A DNA stretch of 63,870 bases, filler included, from Octopus bimaculoides (GCF_001194135.2; 3 parts of 3 records of this genome joined end to end with filler, not necessarily neighbours in it), one strand, 5' to 3'; positions 40,051 to 53,182 are shown, counted from the whole stretch's first letter. Program-made: numbers and translations. The notes: a model not told the origin generated them from the sequence alone.

Positions 40051-40455
40051 ACATGGCTGTGTGGTAAAAAGCTTGCTTTCCAACCATGTACTTTGGGTTC
40101 AGTCCCACTATGCAGCATCTTTGGCAAGGATCTTCTGCTATAGACCTGAGCTAACCAAAGCCTTGTGAAAGGATCTGGTAGATGGAAATGGAAAGAACTC
40201 ATCATATATATATGTATGTATATACCTAAGTGTGTGTGTGTGTGTGTGTGTGTGTGACTCTGTCTCCTATCATCACTTGACAACTGGTGTTGGTTTGTTT
40301 ACATCCCCATAAACTAGCAGTTTGGCAAAAAGAGATGAATCAAATAAGTACCAAGTTTAAAAGTAGGTACTAGGGCAATTTGTTCGACTAAAGCTTCAAG
40401 GTGATGCCTCAGCATGGCTGCAGTCCAATGAGTGAAACAAGTAAAAGATAAGAGA
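40051..40455 (+). mobile_element. Family B SINE
   Basis: Head, microsatellite and tail. Confidence 0.75.
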
Positions 40456-41182
40456 TATATATATATTTATGCATGTGTGTGTATGTGTGTGTGTTTATGT
40501 CTGTATGTAGACATGCAAGATTTTTTTCCTTTTTAAATCCAAAGAAATTCTGGGAATTTATTAATCTTCTTATTCTTGATGGTTCTTCTAAACTAATTTC
40601 TGATAAGTCTAAATGTACTGATGTGTTATATATATAAGACATATATTTTGGTTTAGATTGGACTGCGTAATCAAAGTTATTGTTGTTGTTGATGCTTAAT
40701 CCCAAATCAGTCTTCAATGAACAGATTTATGATCAAATACACAACAGCCATAACTAATCTTTAATCAGTCTTTTTTAAATGTATAGTCCATCTTAAACCA
40801 AATTATTCAATGTGTTCTTCCATCTTTTTAGGATAAGGTATAATTTGAGGGAGATTTGATAGCAATTTTTCAAATGTCAAGTGTTGACATAGAGGTTTCC
40901 TTAATGGTTTTTAAGACGTTAGTTGAAATTAAATAGGCCTATGAACAAAAAGGTATTCAAGCTGTTATGATGGTGTTTTCTTTTCCTTGACTCAGTGAAT
41001 CCAGGACCACATTGTACAACATGTCCTTCTTTCTTTAAATGACAGGCTGAATGACTGTTTTTGGCGACATACATGGAATATGTCAGACTAAAATAACAGA
41101 GTACCTAGTTCGATATTTATTGCTATACATTATTTACATTATTTACAATTGATGGATATTTGTCCTCATCTTGTTTGTTGAT

Positions 41183-41228
41183 AACACAACGTTTCAGCTG
41201 ACATACCCTCCAGCCTTCATCAGGTGTC
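41183..41228 (-). ncRNA. Minimal (dimer-type) hammerhead ribozyme, best-preserved copy
   Basis: GACAC-CUGAUGA-A-GGCUG(GAGGGUAUGU)CAGCU-GAAA-CG-UU-GUGUU. All core nucleotides are present, with a palindromic AACGUU in stem III. Confidence 0.72.
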
Positions 41229-41278
41229 TTGGGGAAATTTCAACCCTGGGTTCTCATTCCTAAAGTATTTTTCAATGC

Positions 41279-41322
<44 letters not shown>

Positions 41323-42028
41323 TCACTGCCTGGAATCAAACTCGGAATCTTGGGGTTAGTAGCCCACACTCTTAACCCCTACACCATATGCCCATGGGCA
41401 ATTATGGAATGAATTTTAGGGCTTATAAATCTAATATTCTCTTGTACTTTCTTAATACCGGTTCCCATATGCTGCTCATATCTGCACTTGGTCTGCTTAG
41501 GAGGTTGTTGTGTCTTAGCATATGTGCTACTTCTTTTAGTTTTCATATTTTCCAGTGGTGTTCTCTGTCTATTATATTAACTTCATCCCCCAAGGGGAGG
41601 TGGTCTCCATTTTTCCATACATGATCAGCTATACCCGATTTATCAATATCTCCCTGTGTCACAGCTTTACGATGCTCCTCTACCCTTATTTTGAGGGGGC
41701 AACATGTTTCACCTTTGTATAACCTATCACAGCTGCTAAAAGAAGCAGCACATATGCTAGGACACAACAACGTCCTAAGCAGACTGAGTGCAGATATGAA
41801 CAGCATATGGGAACCGGTATTAAGGAAGGATAGGAGAATATTAGATTTATAAGCCCTAAAATTCTCTCCATAATTGCCCATGGGCATATGGTGTAGTGGT
41901 TAAGGGCACGGGTTACTAACCCCAAGATTCCGAGTTCGATTCCAGGCAGTGACCTGAATAATAATAATAATAACAACAACATCAAAAAATACCTTAGGAA
42001 TGGGAACCCAGGTTCGAAATTTCCCTAA

Positions 42029-42074
42029 GATACTTGATGAAGGCTGGAAGGTATAACAGCTGAAACGTTGTGTT
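42029..42074 (+). ncRNA. Minimal hammerhead copy with a C3>U change
   Basis: GAUAC-UUGAUGA-A-GGCUG..CAGCU-GAAACGUU-GUGUU. Confidence 0.5.
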
Positions 42075-42989
42075 AACAACAAACAAGATGAAGACAAATA
42101 TCCATCAGTTATTGTAAATGATTCCTCATCTCTTAAATATAGAACTGTATTTTTTTATATATATCACTGTATCACTGTAGTGACCAGACTTTCAGATGTT
42201 GTTATACAATGTACTTCCAATTCTTTCTTGATTGCACCATTCTTTTCCATTTTGTCCCAAATCGTTTGACTAGATTGTCTTCCTATCATTATGGAGGCCT
42301 TCCAAGAAGCCTTTGCTGATCTCTTGATACATGTATATATATTTATGCCTCTTCCAGATTACAGTTTGAATTTGGTCTCCATTTGGATTTGATGTTGAAC
42401 TCTATTCTGCATATTGAAATATATAAGAATGAATGAGATTATTTCAGCAGCTTCCCACATCATGTGATATAGATAGCATTTTTAGCTTTCTCACATCAAA
42501 TGATTTCAATAGCTTCCAGTGTCAGATGATGCAAAACTAATGAACAACATTTTCATCAACAGACAGTCTTCCCCTGCTATGAATTTCTTTCAATACATCC
42601 AAATGAAAGTCCATATATTTATCAGCTAAATTCTGCTCATATTTTTATGATGTCTCTGATAAGACTTGGTAACTTGATGTGAAACTCAGGTTCAACTAAG
42701 AGATAAGTCTAATCCATCTATTTATTTTAGTATATATCTGTTACTAATTTGCAATTTTACTACACTTTATAAAAAAAATGTTCTCTATACATCTATACCT
42801 ACACCTATCTTCCTATGTCACAATACCTATTTCTCTCTCTTTCTCTTTCTCCCCTCTCTCTCTCACTATATATATATGTACATATTTTACATACATACAT
42901 ATATATATATGCATATATATGCACATATATATATACATACAAGCATACACATACACACGCATGTATGTATATCACACACAAGTCTTGTC

Positions 42990-43390
42990 CAGGCTAATTT
43001 GGAGTCTAAATGCCTTGCCAGATGCAGAAATATGATCCATGAGAATCTGCATATCTTCAACTGTATGAGCAACTAAATCACAATCATCCATACATAAAGA
43101 AGGTCATGAATAAGAGATTGAAAAACTCTCAAATTGGCAGTAAATCAATGCAAGTTGAGGAGACAATGAGGAGATCAGTACCTCATATTTATCCCAGAAA
43201 TGCAATCCACAGCAAAAGCATGAGTAGCAGTAGCAAAAATAAGGAAAAATTAGTTGGGGCTAGGATGTCATCTTGCTTGACACCATTCTCTACAGGAATG
43301 GTTCCTGCCATGCCACTACCAATATTGAGGGAAGTTAAAATCTTGAGCATTGAGGGATGGTGCACAAGCACTGTTTACTTTAGACTAGGC
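42990..43390 (-). pseudogene. RTE (BovB-like) RT fragment
   Basis: NGVKQDDILAPTNFSLF (equivalent to GVKQGCVLAPTLFS) and a decayed YADD followed by CDLVAHTVEDMQILMD...ISLDKT. Confidence 0.75.
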
Positions 43391-43399
43391 ACCTTGTTT

Positions 43400-43830
43400 G
43401 GATGAATGATCAGAGGATTACTAAGTAGATGCTATGTGCAGAACATGCTTGTGGATATTACCCCCCAGCAGAAATTAAGACTATGATTTAAGAATTGTAT
43501 AAAGTTGCCATTGAAGCCATGTGGAATATGGAAAATCAATTGGGAAACCAATCATTGTTATCATCACTAATGGAGGAAAGAAATAAAAGAAGGACTGGTT
43601 GTTTTAAAAAAGTCATGCATTTTTTCATGCAGAATTTAAGCAAGTTGCTTGAAAATGCACCGCCAATGTTGTGAATGGGGTAAACTTGGTCTGCAATATC
43701 TGTGGATGTCTATATTTATCAAAGGCTGGGCTTATAAGTCACCAGCAGCTCCACAAGTGTAAAATATAATTTCGTCTGAGTGTACAATAGTCAGTGATGA
43801 TCTTCCTCAGTCATGAATGGACAGCCATCG
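43400..43830 (+). mobile_element. RTE 3' end remnant, related copy at ~51105-51410
   Basis: Shared ~300-bp sequence including a CNICGC..LSKAGLISHQ zinc-knuckle-like end. Confidence 0.55.
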
Positions 43831-43920
43831 TATGTATGTATATGTGTGTGTGAGTGTGTGTGTGCATGTGTCTGTATGTGTGCGTGTGCACACATGCGTG
43901 TATGTATGTATTTATATGTA

Positions 43921-44573
43921 TTTACTTAACAAATCTATTTTGAAGAGTTCAAAGCCTAGGTCCTAGATTATCCACATCTGGTTTGTACATTTATCTAATG
44001 TTTTTCCTACAGGTAAGATGAAATTTTTGTTTGCCACCTGCACACATCTTTGCCAGTTTATATACAGTGAGGCTTTACTATAGTCGTATATTATCGACTG
44101 TTATTTCCATTAAATATTGGTGCATTGCTGTACCACACTATATTTATACTTTAACCTTATGGTGATTTATTTTACTGGAAAGCAATACTATTGCATTGCA
44201 CTATTTAATGATTTTTCTTTGTAAAGTTTTTCACTGTCCTTGGTTCTGTTCACAATTAGGTGTTCAGGTGAGTATACTGGCACTGATGTAGCAACATTTG
44301 AAATTTTGTCTCGATGAATCTAGCTGAGGAGAACTAATCAAATTTATGTTAACAAATGTATTTTGAAAAGTTTGAAACCTAGGTTCTAGATTATCCATAT
44401 CTGGGTTGTACATTTATCTAATGTTCTTCCTGCAGGTATGATGAAATTTTTTATGTTCGCCGCCTGCCCACATCTTTGCCAGTATATATACAGTGAAGCT
44501 TTACTTTACTATATTATTGACTGCTATTTCCAGTAAATATTTATGTATTGTTGTACCACCACTTTATATTTAT

Positions 44574-44575
<2 letters not shown>
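43921..44575 (+). repeat. Diverged direct duplication (~230-bp units, period ~423 bp)
   Basis: 43921-44150 aligns with 44342-44575. Confidence 0.85.
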
Positions 44576-44625
<50 letters not shown>

Positions 44626-44635
44626 NNNNNNNNNN

Positions 44636-44775
44636 TCCGCTTTCCATGCTAGCATGGGTTGGACGATTTGACTGAGGACTGGTGAAACCGGATGGCAACA
44701 CCAGGCTCCAGTCTAATTTGGCAGAGTTTCTACAGCTGGATGCCCTTCCTAACGCCAACCACTCAGAGAGTGTAG
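44636..44775 (-). mobile_element. Family A RTE tail (young copy)
   Basis: Near-identical to 13740-13885. Confidence 0.85.
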
Positions 44776-47290
44776 TAAATATATATATATATATAGACAT
44801 ACATTGCTCGAAGAAATGAATGCATGAACATGATCTACATGATGTCCATGGATACTACAGACTGTACTGTAATCATCACAGGAATATGATCTTAAGAAAT
44901 ATGTGAATTGAGGAAACATGCATAGTGATGCAATAAAATATTTATAAATTCCATCCAAGGATTATAACTATTGTTACCATATATACATACATGCATATAT
45001 ATATTATTTGTGTGTGTGTGTGTGTGTGTGTGTGTATTCAAATATGATAATGAGTACTCAATTGCTTTTTACATCTTTTATAGACAATCTGAGTATTTGA
45101 ACCTGAAAAATTTCTGTCCAAGAGGAAAGCAGGGTCAATACAGCTTCACACTTATATCACTGAAGGCATTTTCTTTAGAATACAGAGTCAAGATAGATGC
45201 CACAAGGCTCTAACAATTCCATTAATCCAATTTTTTTTTTAATTAACCCCAGAAGGATAGAAAGTAATGCTGACCTTATCAGGACTTGAGCATAAAGCAC
45301 TGGAAGTCTGGACAAATACCACCAGATATGCTAAGCTGGTGTTTTAATTATTCTGTTAACTCACTGTCTTACTGTATACTAATATTTCACTAACCAACAT
45401 ACAATACGAACATTTGTTTTGGTTAATTGGTACTTAATAATTTGTGGGCTCATCAAATACCTTCTTTTTAAAAAAAATGGCCTTGTGAAAAGAAAATATT
45501 TATTTTACATGGTTATTAAAAGAAGGAAATCAACTTTTAATAACATGATGATTTATTACGTGAATCAACATATTAGATATCCTTTCACCAAATGATTTTG
45601 GACCAATAAAATTCTTGCTACTAGATCCCCTCAACACATTGCTATTTAGTTATATTCCTTTGGGGAGGTTTTATCTGATATTTCATTTTTCAACTGTCCA
45701 CAGCTAACATGACATTTCAAGTCATGTATTGTGTTTGTTCCATTTCCATCAATGCAGACAAGAATACAATTCGCAACAAAACAAAGCAAAATAAAAAAAA
45801 AAACAAGAAAAAATTAAAGAAAGAAATTAAAAAAGAACCGTCAGCAATGAATGGGCCCAAATATTACTTCTTACAGCAGAATATTATGCATAATAAAAAG
45901 TACCAACAACTACAAGAACAAACATTGTTGTAGATAAATCTTCCAATAAAAATTAAATTTGTGCAAACAATATTCATAATGTATGAGAGTGAATCCCAAG
46001 AGAACAATCATTTTTGGTAAATTGTCTTCCATAATGTAATTTATAAAACAGATGACAGATATTCAAACAAAATTGTTGCATTTCTCTATTTTTCAGCAAT
46101 ACCATTGAATAGATGATAAGTGGGGAAGTAGTGGGGAATGTGGGGTTGTCAGCATTTTATTGTTGACAATTCCTGCTCTACATTGGAACTTTGATTACCA
46201 CCACATGAATGGCAGATAATTTCAGTAAACACCCATGAGACTGAAGGGTGTTATAGTCGGAACATGCAACAACAGTTTTACTAAGTCCACTTTTGGAGCA
46301 GCAACTTGGGACTTAAAAGAAATTTATTGGGATTGATTTTTTACTGAATAAAATAAAAAAAATATCTGCCTGAATAAATATTTGTTTAATAATATATAAT
46401 CCTAAGGTGGTTGAAAATGATCAATATAACAGAAGTGCCAAATTTGATAGTTTTCTTCCTGTTTTGTTTTTCTTTTTTTTTTTTGTCTTTTTACTGTAGT
46501 ATGCTATTTCATTGTTGTGAGATCAGGTGACTCCAGATCAATTAAAAGTAAAGTACAAGTAACATACTGGAACCAAAACAATCAACAATAATCTTCCTTT
46601 CCATGTAAATAGATATAACAAAATCACTTGGCTTCTGCCAAGTCAAAAGCAATAAATATTATGTAATTCTCTTCCTAATAATCATCATCATTGTTGTGAA
46701 AAAAACATACAAACTATAGCATCAAACTATAGCATAAACATACAAACTATAGCCAGAAGGGAGATGTTGCTTATTATGTTACTACCTTCACCCATAGTGC
46801 AAACAAGGGAGGTATGAAGCAAAAATGGAATTTCTAATAGTCTGACAGGAAATGCTTTAAGTGCATTTAAGCAGCTTACAGCTTCATCAACCATAATAAA
46901 TGTGGTAATGTGAATAAAAATGCCAGTTGTTTTTGTTGTGTATACTCCAATAGAAGTTCAATGTAGAAGTTGCAGAATGCTTTCAACTAGAATTGACTTA
47001 GGTTTGAAATGGCTGGGGAGAACTTGACCATGAGGACTGTGGCTCAAACAAATTTGACAGAGGTTTGAATCTTCTGGGGAGAACATGGACACAATGACTG
47101 TGGTTCAGGCAAGTTTGGCAGGAATTTGCAACTTATGAGAACTGGACATGAGGACTCACGCTCAGTTAAGCTTGGCAGAATGATTTGGATAAAAGACCCA
47201 TAGTAAAAATAATGCTCCACTGGAATCTAAGTTGGTGTAATTTTAAAATATTTTCTATAAGTTGTTGATGCCATAAGAATTTATAAACTT

Positions 47291-47348
47291 CAATAGAATA
47301 TGAAACAATAGAATATGAAACAATAGAATATGAAACAATAGAATATGA
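47291..47348. repeat. 15-bp tandem repeat (caatagaatatgaaa) x ~4
   Basis: Direct inspection. Confidence 0.9.
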
Positions 47349-47449
47349 TCCACTGTTCTAAAAGGACAGTGGATCTTGACGTACATAAGGCTATAAATAA
47401 TAACCTGTAAATACTGGGTTAAAAAAACTCTTTTGAATAGAAAACAAAT

Positions 47450-49285
47450 CAAGGGTTGCTCATGGGACACAAACTCACATCTCCTGTAAACATGACAGGT
47501 GTTCTAGCATTGGACCAAAGCAATCCTTCGAATTTCTCTACCCATTTTAGAAACTTTAATCCTACCAACAAGAATTGTATATTGTGAACATCATAAGAAT
47601 TTTAAAAATTCAAGAGAACATGAAATAACACATTTTTTTGGAAGAGTGGATCTCAAAGCACCTGTCATGTTTATGGGAGATATGGGTTTGCCTCCTATCA
47701 TCAACAAGAAGTCCACTTTTAGAAGACTACAGCTTGAAGCATCTCTTTCATATTAAACAAGTAAAAGAATATGTAAATTTTTCAGCTGATGCAAGAGAGT
47801 GAAAAGTTGATGAATTTCATAGCATAAAAATGTTATGAAAAATTTTTTATTACCATGACCAAACTACTAAAATTAGCTACATTATTGCTGATAAAACATG
47901 TAAGTATGATAAACATTTTTCAGGAGGAAAATTTATCAAAGATTGGATGATTGAGTCTGTTGCCATTGCAAACCCAGAAAAAATTGATGGGTATAAAAAT
48001 TTAAGCCTATCTTACTGTCATATTGTCAGACATAGATTTTGCAGGAAATATTCAGTCACATTTAAAAAATAAGGTTCAGAATTTTGCATTCTTGTCGATG
48101 GTGTTTGGTGAGAGTTGTGATGTCAAAGATATGGCATAATTACTTATTTTCATTTGTGGCATAATGAATACTTTTGAATTGGCAGAAGAGTTAGAGGCAG
48201 AACAACAAATGAAAGGTTCAACAATGAGACATATTGAACCATGTATAAACAAGGTGAATTTAAAATGGAGAAAAAACTGATAAATGCAACAACAGATGAA
48301 TCTTTAAGTCTTACAGGTAAAATAATGGGCTACTGAAAAGTATCCAAGATTAGGTGAATGAAATAAAATACTGAGCAGAAGATAATTTTGTTGCACTGTA
48401 AAATGCATCAAGAATTTCTTTATAGAAAAATTTTAAAGCTTAATCATGTCAAAAACTCACAGATATTGTGGATTAGAAAATTTTGCTTATATCACAGGCA
48501 GTTTGTGAAATGTTTGGTGGAACAGCAAGCAGAACTCTCTGATGCTCTATACCCCACAAGTTTTTAACAGAATATGGAATCTGAGAAATGAAACTGAACT
48601 ATTTAGAAACTTCCTGAAACTGTATGACAAAAGCTGGATATTAGGTTTTATTGTAGATTTACTTAAGTATTTGAATGAATTTAATACAAACTTACATGGG
48701 AAAGGAAACTTTGCATGTTTAACTGTATTTTCCTGCTAAATGAACAAGAAGCAATTTATGCATTTTAAAACTTTACAGCAAGTTAGCTTGTGACAGAAAG
48801 ATAAACAATTATAATTCCCAGTTGATAGATGTTCGTGCCAAATTTTACCATAGATTCAATGATCTCAAAATGATAGAAAGTGAACTATCTTTAGTATCAT
48901 CTCCATTTGCATTTGTTGTTGATGCAGCTCCAGATAACCTTCTGTGACCTCATTGATCTTCAAAGCAATAAGTGGCTTTTCAATCTATTTAAGTCAGTTC
49001 CAGTCTTGAAATTTTATACTTCCCTCAGTGAGGAAAAATTTCCAAACCTAAACAATTTTGCTAAAAAATATTTAGTTTTCAATGATTTAACTTACGTTGG
49101 TGAGCAAACATTTTCAATGATGACACAGAAGTCAAAGGTAAGAAGTGTGATAACAAATGAATTTGTTGTACTGACCACAGCTCTTATCTTACCCCTGATC
49201 TTGATTATCTTGTAAGCTTACTTTTGTAAGCAGACATATTCATCCCACTAAAAACTCTAATTTAGTCACACCATGGGCATACTCG
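47450..49285 (+). pseudogene. hAT transposon (SPIN/Charlie, GTF2IRD2-like transposase), decayed
   Basis: FSGGKFIKDWM...PEK..KNLSLS; GESCDVKDMA*LLIFI; LHCKMHQE; LYHRQF; LGFIVDLLKYLNEFN..LHGK; TYVGEQTFSMM..KSKVRS. Termini are weak, so the ends are approximate. Confidence 0.85.
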
Positions 49286-49597
49286 TATATATCTCATTTT
49301 TTACTAAATATAATTTTATGAGTATTTTAATCCTTACATAGTGAAAGTATATATTATACTAGAATGAGATAATATCATGGGTTTCAAATTTTGGCACAGG
49401 GAAGGAACTAAGTCAATTACATTGATCCCAGTGCTCAACTGGTACTTATTTTATCGACTCCAAAGGGATGAAAGGCAAAGTTGACCCAGACAGAATTTGA
49501 ACTCAGAACATAAAGATCATGCTAAGCATTTGGCCCCACATGCTAACAATTCTGTCAGCTCACTGCCTTGGAATGGAATAACAATATTAACCTTTAA

Positions 49598-49804
49598 CCC
49601 TTTATCATTTAAACTGGCCATATCTACTTGTTTAATATTCAAACCAATGAGATCTGGCCCTTCATACTTATCCAACAATGTCATTCTAAAAAATATACGA
49701 TCATATCGTCAAAATCCCAAAGTTACAAGATAACACATAATTAATTCAAAACAGTGTGAATAAATAAACATTACATTTGACAGGGTAATCTGAATGCTAA
49801 AGGG
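49598..49804. mobile_element. piggyBac-type MITE, second family
   Basis: TTAA|CCCTTTATCATT...AATGCTAAAGGG|TTAA. Confidence 0.75.
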
Positions 49805-52485
49805 TTAAAAGAACAATTACAAATATTAGGTAAATTTACAGACACAATTTTACTTGAATCACATGGTTGGCATATACTGGTGTGTCTTTTTGGAAATTAT
49901 TTTCTAAATTTTATGCACTTGCATTCCCTTTAACACTAACAGGCATGTAAAATTTGAAATTGGTCAAGTACATTTAGTGCTTGACCCAATAAAATGTTGG
50001 GTCAAGAAAACGTGCATTGACTATAATTCCATAACCTCGCCATGCATTATAAAAATCGATTTTTACAATTTTTTAATTTCCATTAACTTTCTTGGTTAAA
50101 ATTGCATATACGTTTTGTTAGAATATTCATTGTATCATAACCTTTTTCTTCATATAAATTTTATAGCATAATAATTAGTAATTATAATAATAATACAATC
50201 TTTTTAACATAATTTTCTCAAGAACAACTTCCTCTTTACATTTCAGTCCTCTTTCAGTTTCTTATAAAATGATTTTTAATAAGTTGAAATTTGGTAAAAG
50301 AGCTAATATCAAGAATATTCTATAAAATTTGGTTATGCAATATCAGTGCAGTCTGCACGATTTTCTAAATGTTCAAATATGATCAGTGGATGAAAATTAT
50401 TGTCCATCTCTGGTATAGGATCCTGTATTTAACCAGCATCTTCTACTATCCCTACACTACTGACTGAATTGGTAGATGGAAACTGAAAGAAGCTCATCAC
50501 ATATACATACATACATGTATGTATGTATATATGTGTGTGTGTATGTATATATATATACATCTGTTTGTTGTTTACACACCCGTCTGTCTTTTGGTTTTCA
50601 TAAATTCTCACTATATATATATTGTTCCAGAGAGTGACAAGTTCATTTCTTGTCACTTAGAGTAAAGTACTCAAATATAAGTCTGAGTAAATAAAATAAA
50701 ATATCTAATCCATGATCATTAGCCTGACAAACTATATTGGACTATGGATTAAATATTTTGCATACATATACATATCTATATACATAAAACTTTATGTGCT
50801 TTACATGCATGGCAAATAAACAAGCGTATAAGAGCTCAATACAGTTTACTGCATAAAACACCTATATCCACATATATAAATGCATTTCCATGTACATTGG
50901 TACATTGTAGCTCTACTACAAACACAGGTTGTAACACATTGATAGTACAAAATATATTTGAAAGAACACCAGGAAGCAACATTAGTTTGTCTTGGGTTTA
51001 GTTTTAATTTTTTTCTCTGCTCATTACTTTTATTTTTATTCTTTATATATTTTTTTCTATATTCACATGTTATATTTGTATGTACCTATACACATATACA
51101 ATATAGGAGATCAACTGGGAAAGCAATGCTTGTCATTGCCACCAATGGAGGAAACAAGTAAAGGAAGAAGTGAGTACTTTTGAAAAAAAATGCATTTGCA
51201 TGCAGAATTTAAGTGAACTGCTCAAAAATGCATCACCATTGTAGTGATTGGGTAAACTTGGTCTGCAATATCTGTGGATGTGTATGTTTATCAAGAGATG
51301 GGCTCATTTAATCACTAGTGGAACCACAAATTGTGAAGTATAATTTTGGCTGAATACACAATGTTCTTAATGGTCAGTGATGGTCTTCCTCAGTCATGAG
51401 TGGACAGCTATGATGTGTGTGTGTATGTATCTATGTACATATGTATCTATTTGTGTCTGCTTAATTATCTATCTATATATACATACATAAGCACATTTAT
51501 GAATAAATACATTTGTATGCACATATGTGTATGCATGTGTATGTATCTATGTGTTGCCTGTAAGCATGTGTTTATGAACATAATACAGCTTGGTGCGAAT
51601 TTTCCTGAATATGTTGGGTGCACAGCCCAATTTAACATGCAAGTCATGAAGTAGTCATACACAGGAAAGTTGTTATTTATGCATTATTCAGCATCTCTAC
51701 TTGCAAAGGAGTGTGGAAAAGAATATGCAACAAGATGTGAACTGAATCCTCATATAAAGGTTCACCAAAATAAACATTTTAACACCTACTGCAAGAAGTG
51801 CCCATCATTGTCACATTTGTACAAAAGAGTGTAAGTCACTAACAGGACTGAAAACCACATCCATCGTTGACATCATCGTTATTATCATCATCATCATTTA
51901 ACATCTGTTTTCCATACTGGCATGGGTGGATGGTTTGACATGAACTGGCAAGGCCAGAGGCCATGCCAGGTTTCATAGTCTGTTTTGACTTGGCTTCTAC
52001 AACTTCCTGATGCCAACCACTTTACAGAGTGCCTTTTATTTGGCACCATCATCAATGTTTTTTTTACATGACTTAGTGCTTTTCACATCACACCAATACC
52101 AATGTTTTTTACATGGCCCCAGCACCAATGCTTTTTACGTAGCATTAACACCAATGCTTTTTACATGGAAGCTTGGTTTTAGGATTTCAATTCTGTTGTG
52201 GTGGGCAGGTCTTTTTGAGTACAGCAATGCACCACATATCTCAGTGTTCTGTCACCTTCATAAGGCACAGTGTTTTGAGGTCAGCATTCAATACATTGTC
52301 TCATGTCTTCATAGGTCTCCCTTTTCCATAACTTCCTGCCACTTTAAGTGGTCAGCACAGATTCATGCTGCTCATGTTTAAGGAACCAATCAAAGAATGG
52401 CATTACTTGAAATTGAGTTGCGGCCATCATCAATACAACTTAATGAAACAGAAAAAAAATTGTCAATATATTCAAAACTCTAAGA

Positions 52486-53182
52486 CAGGGGCCAGAGAAC
52501 TTTTTTAACTAATTACCCTAAAATATATTTATTTACACTAAAGTTACTCCCTTGATTCAAAAGGAAGAAAATCATAGATTCTTTGAATTCAAAAGGTTTA
52601 TTGTATCTATTCATATGGAGAATGCAATTATAAATATAAAAAGTATAAAACAAATGTGATAAAATAAATTAATATCTTCATTATGAAACAAAATGATTTT
52701 TTTAGAAACTTTTTCACTTCAGGTTTTGGAGAAATGATGTTGCTTCATTTTTGTTACAATTACATCAAAATTGAGGCATTTTGATGCTAGAGCAATTTGA
52801 ATGCAGTCTTCAGGGTCCAATCAATTTTGTTAAAGGACTGAATTGAATAGCTACTTAAATCTTCTTAAACGAAGCAAAAACACATACACATGTGTAAAAA
52901 AATAAGGTTAAGGTAGGTAATAGACAACTGACAAGTAATATCTGTTTAGTCACTAGACAATGACTTAGCAACCAAATTGTCTGAAGTTCAAAATGGTGTG
53001 ATGTCTCCTAAACACATCCATTACATTGGACAGATGCAGTGTTGCCAGAAGAAAAATTTCTGTGTTAACAAGAAACATGTTTTTTATATAATTTTACTTA
53101 TGTCTAATGAGTCCTCATTACCTGCCAAGAATTTCCTTTTTTCCCATCTTGGGGTAATTTTGCCTCGGTTTGCCAACCCCTG
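52486..53182 (-). mobile_element. Internally deleted hAT (Charlie/Buster-type) element with TIRs and an 8-bp TSD
   Basis: TIRs CAGGGGCCAGAGAAC and CAGGGGTTGGCAAAC; TSD ctctaaga/ctctaaaa (7/8). The minus strand retains the transposase end EDCIQIALASKCLNFDVIVTKMKQHHFS. Confidence 0.8.

Larger units (their letters stand above)
41140..42150. mobile_element. Penelope-like element remnant: GIY-YIG endonuclease C-half (minus strand) with inverted pseudo-LTR arms
   Basis: Minus strand YKGETCCPLKIRVEEHRKAV..GDIDKSGIADHVWK...IIDREHHWKI*KLKEVAHML. Arms ~41145-41539 and 41736-42115 are inverted copies. Confidence 0.88.

Noticed and set aside
42651-42712. Hammerhead-like ctgataagac...gtgaaac
   Set aside because: G8 is missing, stem II is incomplete and stem III does not pair.
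46195-46315. Minus-strand peptide PSCCSKSG...C...HGCLLKL resembling a tetraspanin EC2 exon
   Set aside because: Spacing is PxCC rather than PxxCC, there is no good donor before the stop, and no other tetraspanin exons were found.
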